A DNA stretch of 64,000 nucleotides from Calditrichia bacterium (GTDB lineage: Bacteria > Calditrichota > Calditrichia > JAJRVZ01), in the NCBI GenBank assembly GCA_963777955.1, contig CAVZSQ010000019.1:32001-96000 (forward strand). Direction: 5' to 3'. The translations under genes and the position numbers were made by a program. The notes under the pieces were generated by a model. That model was not told where the DNA came from, searched no databases, and saw only the letters and a list, made by a program, of their open reading frames with translations. Below are positions 1 to 9,533 of this stretch, one piece after another. Numbering within the stretch: the first letter of the stretch is position 1; every line of letters starts with the position of its first letter.

Positions 1-768
1 CGGGTGCAGTTGTGGAACGATGGCCGCATGAGTTCCTATGCCTGCGGCACCATTGAATACGATCATTTCCCTCATCAACTCTTTTTTCCGGCAGCCGAAG
101 TGCACCTGACCAGTTTTCCAATTAAGACCGGCAAGGAAAATATCGGGTATATCATGGGCAGCGGAGATGAGATCCCCGGTTGTTTAGAACAACTTGGCTA
201 CAATATCAAATTACTTTCCGATGACGATCTGCAGCAGGGAAGTTTAGCCCCTTATGATGTGGTGATAACCGGTACCCGCGCTTATAACACCCGCACTATT
301 CTACAGAACATCAACAGCAGGTTATTTGATTATGTCCGGCAGGGTGGAACGCTGATCACCCTGCACAACACCCGTTTTGGAATAAGGGCGGATCATATCG
401 CTCCTTACCCGCTAAAAATTTCCGATGCGCGGGTCAGCGTGGAGGACGCGCCGGTAATGTTCCTGCGACCAGATCATGCGCTGCTTAACCGGCCTAATAA
501 AATCGCCGGCACAGATTTCGATCACTGGGTGCAGGAACGCGGCCTGTACTTTGCCGATGAATGGGATGAACATTATATACCGATCCTGGCCAGCAATGAT
601 CCAGGTGAAAAATCGCAGCCTGGGGGCTTGTTATATACGTCTTACGGCAAAGGCCATTATATTTACTCGGGTTATGCCTGGTTCCGGCAGTTACCGGCCG
701 GTGTTCCGGGGGCTTACCGTCTATTTGTCAATCTGATCTCGATCGGGGAAAATGAACACATACAATAG
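1..768 (+). CDS. C-terminal part of LmbE/PIG-L family protein (class I glutamine amidotransferase-like C-terminal domain); 5' end outside window
   Basis: Motifs 'IGYIMGSGDEIP', 'WVQERGLYF' and 'FRQLPAGVPGAYRLFVNLIS' are typical of LmbE-family C-termini, which usually precede an SSS transporter. Confidence 0.75.
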   Translation, partial: RVQLWNDGRMSSYACGTIEYDHFPHQLFFPAAEVHLTSFPIKTGKENIGYIMGSGDEIPGCLEQLGYNIKLLSDDDLQQGSLAPYDVVITGTRAYNTRTILQNINSRLFDYVRQGGTLITLHNTRFGIRADHIAPYPLKISDARVSVEDAPVMFLRPDHALLNRPNKIAGTDFDHWVQERGLYFADEWDEHYIPILASNDPGEKSQPGGLLYTSYGKGHYIYSGYAWFRQLPAGVPGAYRLFVNLISIGENEHIQ

Positions 769-889
769 TAATTCTTTCGACCAGGACATACCGCTGACGA
801 AATCCTGGCGGGCCTGGTACCTACTGGTGCTGACAAACCATCTGGTATTAATTTTGCTGTTTTACCTGTTCATGAAATATTTCAGTTAA
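752..889 (+). CDS. Small (45 aa) single-TM membrane protein, probable SSS-transporter partner; not in ORF track
   Basis: Hand translation MNTYNSNSFDQDIPLTKSWRAWYLLVLTNHLVLILLFYLFMKYFS*; overlaps upstream stop, GGGGA RBS-like site, ends 17 nt before the symporter. Confidence 0.7.
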   Translation: MNTYNSNSFDQDIPLTKSWRAWYLLVLTNHLVLILLFYLFMKYFS

Positions 890-906
890 AGGTATAACCA
901 GGTAAT

Positions 907-2610
907 ATGCATCAACTGGATTGGATCATACTGGCTGCGGTATTGCTGTTCATCGTCGGTCACGGGCTGTGGCGGGGTCGCAGTAATAAAAATATTCAGG
1001 ATTACCTTGTCGCCGGCCGTAGTTTAAAATGGTATACCATAGCTTTCTCGATCATGGCTACCCAGGCCAGTGCCATCACCTTCTTATCCGGACCGGGCCA
1101 GAGCTATGCCGATGGCATGCGTTTTATACAGTTCTATTTCGGATTGCCTATTGCCATGGTCATCCTGTCGATCGTCGCTGTTCCGGTCTATCACCGACTT
1201 AAAATACTGACCGCTTACGAGTATATCGAAAACCGTTTTGATTATAAGTTGCGGGCTTTGACCAGTTTTCTGTTTTTAATTCAACGCGGCCTGGCCGCCG
1301 GTTTGACCATCCTGGCACCGGCAATAATTCTGTCGGCCATACTGGGCTGGAATATTATCTGGACCAATATTATTGTCGGCAGCCTGGTAATTCTCTATAC
1401 GGCCTATGGCGGTACCCGGGCGGTCAACACCACGCATACTTTTCAGTTGTTAATTGTCTTTCTGGGCATGTTTGCAGCGTTTTTTATCGCCTGGCATCTG
1501 CTGCCGGCGGGAATCAGCCTGCTGGATGCGACACGTCTGGCCGGAAAGATGAACCGGCTGAACATCCTGGATTTTAATTTTGATTTAAATAACCGCTACA
1601 CCTTCTGGTCGGGAATTATCGGCGGTTGTTTTCTGCATCTTTCCTACTTTGGCACCGATCAGTCACAGGTCCAGCGCTATCTGACCGGAAAATCTGAAGC
1701 ACACAGTAAACTCGGCTTATTATTTAATGGTCTGGTTAAAGTTCCGATGCAATTTTTTATTTTATTCTGCGGGATTGTCGTATTTGCTTTTTATCAATTC
1801 AATACCTCTCCCCTGTTTTTTAATACCGTTGAAACAGACCGGATCAGGCAAACTGTACAGGCTGTCGATTACCAGCAGATTGAATCGCAGTACGTTCAAC
1901 TGGCCGCTGAAAAAGCAAAACATGCTCAGGAACTGGTTCAGGTCATGCGTAAAGATGATCAAGCTGTTATAGCAGAAGCTCAACGGCTGGTCCTCGCTGA
2001 TCAGCAAAAAATGCAGGACCTTAAACAGCAAGCCGTAGGGATACTTCAGACTAATAATCCCCGTCTGGATCCCAGCGATACAAATTATATTTTCCTATAT
2101 TTTGTGGTGAATGTATTACCGGCAGGAGTTATTGGTCTGGTGATTGCCTGCATCCTGGCTGCATCAATGTCTTCAACTGCTTCTGAATTAAATGCCCTGG
2201 CTTCCACCACTATTGTCGATATTTATAAACGCATTTCCGGAAATAAGGAAAATGCCAGGCATGATATCCGGATTTCGCGGCTGGCGACTATTGGCTGGGG
2301 TATCTACGCTATTTTTACATCTATCTTTGCCAGCAGACTTGGCTCTTTGATTGAAGCTGTGAATATCCTGGGTTCGCTGTTCTACGGAACGATACTGGGG
2401 ATTTTTTTATCAGCTTTTTATTTAAAAAGGGTTACAGCATCAGCGGTCTTTATCAGCGCCATAATGGCCGAGGTTGCAGTAACTGCCTGTTTCCTTTTTT
2501 CGGGGATCTCTTTTTTGTGGTACAATGTGATCGGTTGCCTGCTGGTACTACTGCTCTCGCCTGTCGTTACGTTTTTTATCGGAAGATATGGAATTCTGAA
2601 CAGTAAATGA
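907..2610 (+). CDS. Sodium:solute symporter (SSS) family transporter
   Basis: Many TM helices; 'DYLVAGRSL', 'SIMATQASAITF', 'GTDQSQVQRYL', 'AASMSS' motifs. Confidence 0.92.
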   Translation: MHQLDWIILAAVLLFIVGHGLWRGRSNKNIQDYLVAGRSLKWYTIAFSIMATQASAITFLSGPGQSYADGMRFIQFYFGLPIAMVILSIVAVPVYHRLKILTAYEYIENRFDYKLRALTSFLFLIQRGLAAGLTILAPAIILSAILGWNIIWTNIIVGSLVILYTAYGGTRAVNTTHTFQLLIVFLGMFAAFFIAWHLLPAGISLLDATRLAGKMNRLNILDFNFDLNNRYTFWSGIIGGCFLHLSYFGTDQSQVQRYLTGKSEAHSKLGLLFNGLVKVPMQFFILFCGIVVFAFYQFNTSPLFFNTVETDRIRQTVQAVDYQQIESQYVQLAAEKAKHAQELVQVMRKDDQAVIAEAQRLVLADQQKMQDLKQQAVGILQTNNPRLDPSDTNYIFLYFVVNVLPAGVIGLVIACILAASMSSTASELNALASTTIVDIYKRISGNKENARHDIRISRLATIGWGIYAIFTSIFASRLGSLIEAVNILGSLFYGTILGIFLSAFYLKRVTASAVFISAIMAEVAVTACFLFSGISFLWYNVIGCLLVLLLSPVVTFFIGRYGILNSK

Positions 2611-2648
2611 TCAGTAAAACAACAGAATACTTTTTTTATTGACTGTGT

Positions 2649-3248
2649 TTATTTCAAAGCTGCTTCAATAGCAGTAATCATTTGCTCATCTTCCGGTTTT
2701 ATCTTGGAACCGAAACGGGCGATTATCTTGCCGCTTTTATCGACTAAAAATTTGTTGAAATTCCAGGAAATCTCACCGGCAAATTCCGGATCGGTTGCTT
2801 CCTCGGTCAAAAACCTGTAGAGCGGGTGCTTGTCCTTGCCCTTAACCGAGATCTTGGCGAACATGGGAAAAGTGACATTATAAGTAGTGCTGCAGAAATT
2901 CTTTATCTCCTCATCAGTGCCGGGTTCCTGGGACAGGAAGTTATTGGCCGGAAATCCCAGTACATAAAAACCCTGATCCTTGTATTTCAGATATAATTTC
3001 TGCAGTCCGGCATACTGGGGTGTGAAACCGCATTTGCTGGCCACATTGACGAGCAGCAGTACTTTTCCGCGGTATTGCTCCATTTTTACTTCCTGGCTGT
3101 CAATATCTTTCAGAACAAAATCATAGATCGACTTTTCGCTTAATGGTTGTTGACGGGTCATATTTGATCCCTTAAAACTTGTTTGGATGATAAACAGACT
3201 GATCAGAAAAATCATGATCAGTATAGTTAAGACATTTTTTTTATTCAT
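2649..3248 (-). CDS. Glutathione peroxidase (Cys-type) with N-terminal signal/anchor
   Basis: 'VLLLVNVASKCGFTPQY', 'LGFPANNF', 'ISWNFNKFLVD'; catalytic codon is TGC (Cys). Confidence 0.92.
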   Translation of the reverse strand: MNKKNVLTILIMIFLISLFIIQTSFKGSNMTRQQPLSEKSIYDFVLKDIDSQEVKMEQYRGKVLLLVNVASKCGFTPQYAGLQKLYLKYKDQGFYVLGFPANNFLSQEPGTDEEIKNFCSTTYNVTFPMFAKISVKGKDKHPLYRFLTEEATDPEFAGEISWNFNKFLVDKSGKIIARFGSKIKPEDEQMITAIEAALK

Positions 3249-3463
3249 CCCTTATTCTCCCGGAAGATTCATACGAACAATATAATTAGATTTTGACTTC
3301 CAAAATATTTCTGAATAATAAAACATACATTTTAAGAAAGTAATTACAATTAATTTTGACCGGACTCGCAATGAAAATTATCGCCTGTCAGGGCAGGCTG
3401 ATGAAGAAACAATCTACTTGTATTGAACTGAATTACTAATTATCAATTACTAATTACCAATTT

Positions 3464-3655
3464 CTAATTCTGCTGTTGCGTTTTCTTTAAATCAATGATT
3501 AATCTTACCATTCCCGCACCGCAGCCAAAGCCGCCGAAAAATAAGAACAGAATATCCACCAGCCGGACTCGGCCGGTCATTTGTACTACACCCATCACGG
3601 TAGCCAATATACCCATTAATGTTGCAAAAATCCCTAACCACTTTTTTTTATTCAT
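3464..3655 (-). CDS. Small 2-TM hypothetical membrane protein (63 aa)
   Basis: ATG at 3655 with GAGGTG RBS; two hydrophobic helices; directly downstream of aceE. Confidence 0.6.
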   Translation of the reverse strand: MNKKKWLGIFATLMGILATVMGVVQMTGRVRLVDILFLFFGGFGCGAGMVRLIIDLKKTQQQN

Positions 3656-3674
3656 TTTATCACACCTCTTGTCA

Positions 3675-6372
3675 TTAAGCCAGCAGCGGATCAACTTTCT
3701 CCGGATCAACACCCAGTTCTTTGATTGCTTTAGTGACCTGATTTGATTTTATTAATCCTTTACAGGATAATTGATACAAGGCGGCAATCACGATACATTC
3801 CGCATCGATTTCGAAGAAACGCCGCATCGCTTCACGGGTATCGCTGCGGCCAAATCCGTCGGTGCCCAGACTGAACAGTCCTCCCGGAACCCAGCGGGCG
3901 ATCTGATCGGGCACCAGTTTCATATTATCGGATACGGCCACGAAAACACCCTCCTCTTTTTCCAGCAGATCGGTGACATATGGTTTACGCGGGTTTTGCT
4001 CCGGATGAAGTAAATTCCAGCGCTCAGCCGCCAGGGCTTCGCGGCGCAGTTCCTTGTAACTGGTGGCACTCCACACGTCCGTCTGGATTTTATATTTACT
4101 CTCCAGAATTTCCTGAGCGCGCAGCACCTGCCTTAAAATAGCGCCGCTGCCAAACAGACTGCGCCCTGATCCCGTTTTTGCTTTCCAGTTTTCCGCTGCT
4201 AAATTTGTACAGACCTTTGAGAATACCCTCGCGGCTGCCTTTAGGCATGGCGGCCTGGGGATAGTTCTCATTACCGATGCTGATGTAATAAAAGACAGCT
4301 TCACGGTCCTTGTACATTCGCCTGATGCCTTCCTGCAGAATAACAGCGATCTCATAGGCAAAAGCCGGATCATAAGTGACCAGATTTGGAATCGTGGCGG
4401 CCAAAATATGACTGTGTCCATCGGCATGCTGCAATCCTTCACCCATCAGGGTGGTCCGGCCATGGGTAGCCCCGACCAGGAAACCGCGGCCGCGCAGATC
4501 ACCGAAGGCCCAGATCAGGTCGCCAATGCGCTGAAATCCAAACATGGAATAGTAGATAAAAAACGGAATCATATCGATGCCGTGCGTGGCATAGGCTGTA
4601 CCGGCGGCGGTGAAAGAAGCCATCGATCCGGCCTCGGTAATACCCTCTTCCAGGATCTGTCCGTCACGTGCTTCCCGGTAATACAGGAAAATATCTTTGT
4701 CTACCGGATCATATAACTGGCCGGGGTGAGAGTAAATACCAAACTGGCGGAACATCGATTCCATGCCGAAGGTGCGTGCTTCATCCGGGACAATCGGGAC
4801 TATTTTTTTACCGATGATCGCATCTTTCATCAGAATGGTCAGCATGCGCACAAAGGCCATGGTGGTCGAAACTTCCCGGTCGCTGCCGGCCATAAATTCA
4901 TCGAACACATTTAATCCCGGCACGGTTATCGGCAAAGTGACATAGGTACGGTGCGGCACAAATCCCTGCAACCGCCGGCGCATTTCCAGCAGATACTGCA
5001 TCTCTTCGCTCTTATCCGGCGGCCGGTAGAACGGCGCCTTCTCCAGTTTATCATCGGCGACCGGTATATCGAAACGATCGCGAAAGTCCCGCAATTCTTC
5101 CTCATTCAGTTTTTTAACCTGGTGGGTCACATTTTTCCCTTCGCCGGCTTCACCCAGACCGTAGCCCTTGATAGTCCGGGCCAGGATCACTGTGGGAGCA
5201 TTTTTACTTTCAGTAGCCAGTTTATAAGCAGCGAATACTTTTTCCGGATCATGTCCGCCTAGACGTAATTTCCAGATTTGTTCATCGGACAGATTTTCGA
5301 CTAGTTTCAATAGTTGCGGATATTTGCCAAAGAAGGACTGGCGTACATATGCACCCGGTTCAACAATATATTTTTGTGATTCTCCGTCCACGTATTCATT
5401 CATGCGCTGGACCAGCAGACCGGTATGATCGTTGGCCAGCAAGGGATCCCAGTCACCGCCCCACAGAACTTTGATCACATTCCAGCCGGCCCCGCGGAAA
5501 ATTCTTTCCAGTTCCTGGACAATCTTGCCGTTGCCGCGCACCGGTCCATCCAGGCGCTGCAGGTTACAGTTGATCACGAAGATCAGGTTATTTAATTGTT
5601 CGCGGGCCGCCAGGCTGATGGCGCCGAGTGATTCCGGTTCATCGGTCTCACCATCACCCAGGAAGGCCCAGACCCTCTGATTTTCGGTATTTTTTATACC
5701 GCGATCCTGCAGGTAGCGGTTAAAACGGGCCTGATAAATTGCCGTGATCGGACCGAGTCCCATCGAAACCGTGGGAAATTCCCAGAAGTCGGGCATTAAC
5801 CAGGGGTGGGGATATGAAGAAAGTCCGCCCCCTTTTTCCAGTTCACGGCGGAAATTTTCCAGTTGGGTTACCGACAGGCGGCCTTCCAGAAAAGCCCGGG
5901 CATAAATTCCCGGCGAGGCATGGCCCTGGAAATAGATCTGGTCGCCGTCAAATCCCTCCCCTTTGCCGCGGAAAAAATGATTGAAACCGATTTCGTACAT
6001 GGTAGCCGCCGAGGCATACGTCGAAATATGACCCCCGATGCCGGAAAATTTCTTGTTTGCCCGCACGACCATGGCCAGTGCATTCCAGCGGATGATGCTT
6101 TTAATCCGCCGTTCAATTCTACGGTCGCCGGGAAAAGGGGGTTGTTTTTCCAGGGGAATGGTATTGATGTACGGGGTATTGGCGGTAAAAGGCAGACGGA
6201 TACCGCTTTGAAAACTCTTCTGGATCAGGCGATCCAGAATAAAGCGGGCCCGTTCGGCGCCGCGGTGCTGGATCACACCATCCAGTGCTTCCAGCCATTC
6301 CGCCGTTTCTTCCGTATCGAAGTCGCGGTTGATTCCGTATGATTCTTTTTGTTCCGCTGTCTCTTCAGGCAT
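3675..6372 (-). CDS. aceE: Pyruvate dehydrogenase E1 component, homodimeric (E. coli type); split by a +1 indel at ~4158
   Basis: 'GGHISTYAS', 'WEFPTVSMGLG', TPP motif 'GDGETDEPES', 'GLQHADGHS'; removing base 4158 joins 'GIRAQ' to 'LFGSGAILRQV...GTDGFGRSDTR'. Confidence 0.95.
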
Positions 6373-6517
6373 TAAGTCTTTTCCTTCTTATAAATTAAAT
6401 ACTGTTATTTTTTTTCTGCTTACAGGAATCAACATTAACGAAACTATAATCCTCTCTATCTACCATATAGATAAAGATTTTTCAGGTAATAAAATTCCTG
6501 AAAAAGTAGTACCAGAA

Positions 6518-6964
6518 TTATTGCATTACCTTCTTTATGGAATCGACGATTGCGGCAATATTTTGATGATGGTCCGGAACGATAATAATCGAATCATCAC
6601 CGGCGACTGTACCGATCATATGCTCGTTTTTCATACGATCCAGGTAGAGGGCCACTCCCTGGGCCCGGCCGGGCAGGGTCCGTACCACAATCAAGGATTC
6701 ATTTTGGATTACCCGGATAATCTCCTTGCTGACGAACTGTTTAATGGCCGGTTCACTGTCATCCAGATGAAAAACGTATTTGAAACCGCTTTCGGTCTGA
6801 ATGCGTACGATGCCCATTTCATTCAAATCACGGGATAGGGTGGCCTGGGTGGTTTCAAAGCCATTTTCCTTTAACAGGTCGCGCAATTCATCCTGACTGG
6901 CGACATCGCGGCTGGTGATGATTTCTTTAATTCTGATCTGGCGGCTGATTTTATGTACTCCCAT
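6518..6964 (-). CDS. argR: Arginine repressor
   Basis: wHTH 'SQDEL...TQATLSRDL' and arginine-binding 'GTVAGDD'; GGAGAGG RBS. Confidence 0.93.
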   Translation of the reverse strand: MGVHKISRQIRIKEIITSRDVASQDELRDLLKENGFETTQATLSRDLNEMGIVRIQTESGFKYVFHLDDSEPAIKQFVSKEIIRVIQNESLIVVRTLPGRAQGVALYLDRMKNEHMIGTVAGDDSIIIVPDHHQNIAAIVDSIKKVMQ

Positions 6965-7129
6965 AATACCTCTCCTATATAATTATAAAAATTAGTAAAT
7001 AAATATTCCTTATTCAATATATATGATCTTAATGGTATTTACTGTAAATTTGGGATCAATTTTATATAAATTGCAAATTGCAATTTGTAACTAATTGATT
7101 ATTATAAATATAACGAAATAGATTACCCG

Positions 7130-8045
7130 ATGAATCAGATTAAACAGCATCAACCGCCTACAAAATTACAGGCAGATTTAGTTTTACTGCTGGTCTGTGT
7201 ATTCTGGGGAACTACCTTTATCCTTTCAAAAATTTTATTGGTCGAGATTTCCCTGCTCTATTATCTGGCCTTACGCCTGGGCATTGCTGCAATCCTGATG
7301 TGGTTCATTGCTCTGCGCTACCGGCAGCAACTCGACCGACCTACAGTTATGGCCGGAGTAATATTAGGAATATTTCTTTTCCTTTCGTATCTGTTCCAGA
7401 TGTGGGGAATAAAGTATACATCGGCTTCGAATGCCGGTTTTATTACCGGCACCAGTGTAATCATGGTGCCGGTTTTTTCGGCCTTGTTATTCAAAGAGCG
7501 GCCGAAATTTATTACATTAATCGGCATCGCTCTGGCTACCTGTGGATTATATTTTCTTTCCGGTGGAAACTATGAGGCCTTGAATAAAGGTGATTGGTTG
7601 GTACTGGTTTGTGCATTAGCCGCGGCATTCCACATTATTTTTACCGGTCATTTTGCACCACGCCATAACATCTATCTGTTGATGGCAGTACAGTTAAGCA
7701 CTATCGCCGTCTTGAATCTGATCCTGTTCACTTTTAGTAATGAAAAAATCGTTCCGGTACGTCCTGGTGCAATGTTATTATTGATATATCTGGCTATTTT
7801 TGGCAGTATATTAACTTTTCTCTTACAGACATCCATGCAGCGCTTTACCACCGCCACCCGTACTGCGCTGATTTTTACCAGCTGAACCGGTTTTCGCCGC
7901 ACTGTTTGCTTTTCTGATTGCCGGAGAACAAATGACGCCTTCCGGCTGGTTCGGCGGCTTTTTAATTCTGCTGGCTATGATCGTATCGGAGGTCAACTGG
8001 TCGGAAATTTTTAATCGTAATCAAGACCGTTGCCGCATACCGTAA
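7130..8045 (+). CDS. DMT/EamA family transporter; +1 indel near 7880, C-terminus continues 'AEPVFAALFAFLIAGEQMT...' to 8045
   Basis: EamA repeats: 'FWGTTF', 'YTSASNAGFITG', 'GDWLVL'; the conserved 'EPVFA' lies in the shifted frame. Confidence 0.88.
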
Positions 8046-8075
8046 TAGGCGTTATTCCAATTTAATGAAATAATT

Positions 8076-8110
8076 TAGTGGACGCCTGCCCAGGCAGGCG
8101 GCTACCACTA
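8076..8110. terminator. GC-rich hairpin between convergent EamA and TolC genes (possible bidirectional terminator or dispersed palindrome)
   Basis: TAGTGG-A-CGCCTGCC-CA-GGCAGGCG-GCTA-CCACTA. Confidence 0.5.
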
Positions 8111-8113
8111 CAT

Positions 8114-9476
8114 TCACTCCTCTTTTACCAGATTTCCGCTCAATCGCAGTAAACCGATTTCATGCTGTTTAACTTCGTAAGCGGTGGAAATCAGGCGGCT
8201 CTTGGCCGCAATATAATTCTTTTGTACTTCCCTTAGTTGCAGCGGAGTTATGCTGCCCATTCCGTATATTTGCAGAGCGATCTTAACATTCTCCGAAGCC
8301 ACACCCACATTTTCCTGTTCCAGTTGCAGGCGGGTGAGACTGTTGCGGTACTTGAGTACGAGTGCGTTAAAATCACTGCTCAGGTTCAGTCTCAATTCAT
8401 CAAGATAGAATTGTTTGTCGCGGCGGTTAAGGCGGGCGTTTTGTATTTCACGGCGGGTATTAAATCCATTGAACAGGTTTAATGAAAGCTGCGCGCCATA
8501 ATTATACCCATAGGTTTCATTCATCTCGAAAAACCCGGCCTGCGATTCCGAACGGTTGTAATTGTAACTGCCGGTCAAATTTATACTGGGAAAAATTGCC
8601 GATCTGATTTCAGACAACTCAGACCGGGCTACAGCCAGATCCTGCTGCCCAATCAATAGATCACTGTTCCCGGTAAGAAGACTCTGCCGCAGGGTTTCAA
8701 CTTCTAACTGCGGTTCTGTATTGATAGTATCGATGACCGTGAACAACTCCTGTTCCGGTCTGGCTAAAATTATCATTAATTTGCTCTGCGCATCTGCCAC
8801 GGCGATTTCCTGACCCAAAAAAACGGAACGATCGCTATTCAGATCCACCCTGGCCTGCAGCACATCCAGATTCGAAGATACTCCAATATCATACCCCTGT
8901 TGAACAATGCGCAATCTCTGTTCTGAGATTGAAACTGCTTCACGGTCGACTTCCATGATTAATTTCTTCTGCACGACATCATAATAGGTTAAAACCACAT
9001 CGGCCAGGGTCGTCTCCATTTCCCTTCTGAGATTATAGCGCTCCATCTTTTCCAGACTGTTCAGGCGGGCTGCGGAAGCAAACATTTTAAATCCGTCAAA
9101 GACAGTCCAGCTAAGCACGGCAGCAGCATTCTTATTGTCGGATCCGGCATCATTTCGTATCTGGGCAGGACGGGTGGGATCGGCATATTGCTGTTCACTG
9201 TTAACCTTACTATGACTTACCGCTGCCGAGACATCCAGGCTCGGCAAAAAACCGGCATTCCCCGGACTGTAATTATTTGCGGCAATCTGCAGATTATCCC
9301 GGGCGATCAGGATACCATAATTTTTTTGCATGGTTATCCGGATTACATCATCAATGGTCAGCAATTCCTGCGCCTGCGCCAGCACATGCCAGATCGAAAC
9401 TGAGCAGCCAGATAAGCATGGCTGTTACTTTAATTATGAATTTTGCAGAGGTAATACTTACCTTATATCTTTTCAT
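8114..9476 (-). CDS. TolC-family outer membrane efflux protein; signal peptide separated by +1 indel near 9398
   Basis: Two OEP repeats ('GFLPSLDV', 'VFDGFKMF', 'FPSINL', 'LFNGF'); ATG at 9476 with GAGGG RBS encodes an out-of-frame signal peptide MKRYKVSITSAKFIIKVTAMLIWLLS. Confidence 0.88.
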
Positions 9477-9533
9477 AAAAACTTCCCTCGATATTTTGTG
9501 GAGAATGATCCGGGATCGTTGGAATGGTCAGAA

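Noticed and set aside
3025..3040. Selenocysteine in glutathione peroxidase
   Set aside because: The catalytic codon is TGC (Cys) and there is no in-frame TGA
4096..4442. Programmed frameshift or genuine two-gene split of aceE
   Set aside because: No slippery heptamer at the junction; one extra base explains it, and similar indels occur throughout the window
7883..7885. TGA readthrough or recoding at early stops (also 48607-48609, 50599-50601)
   Set aside because: The conserved or plausible continuation is in a different frame, so these are indels rather than stop-codon recoding
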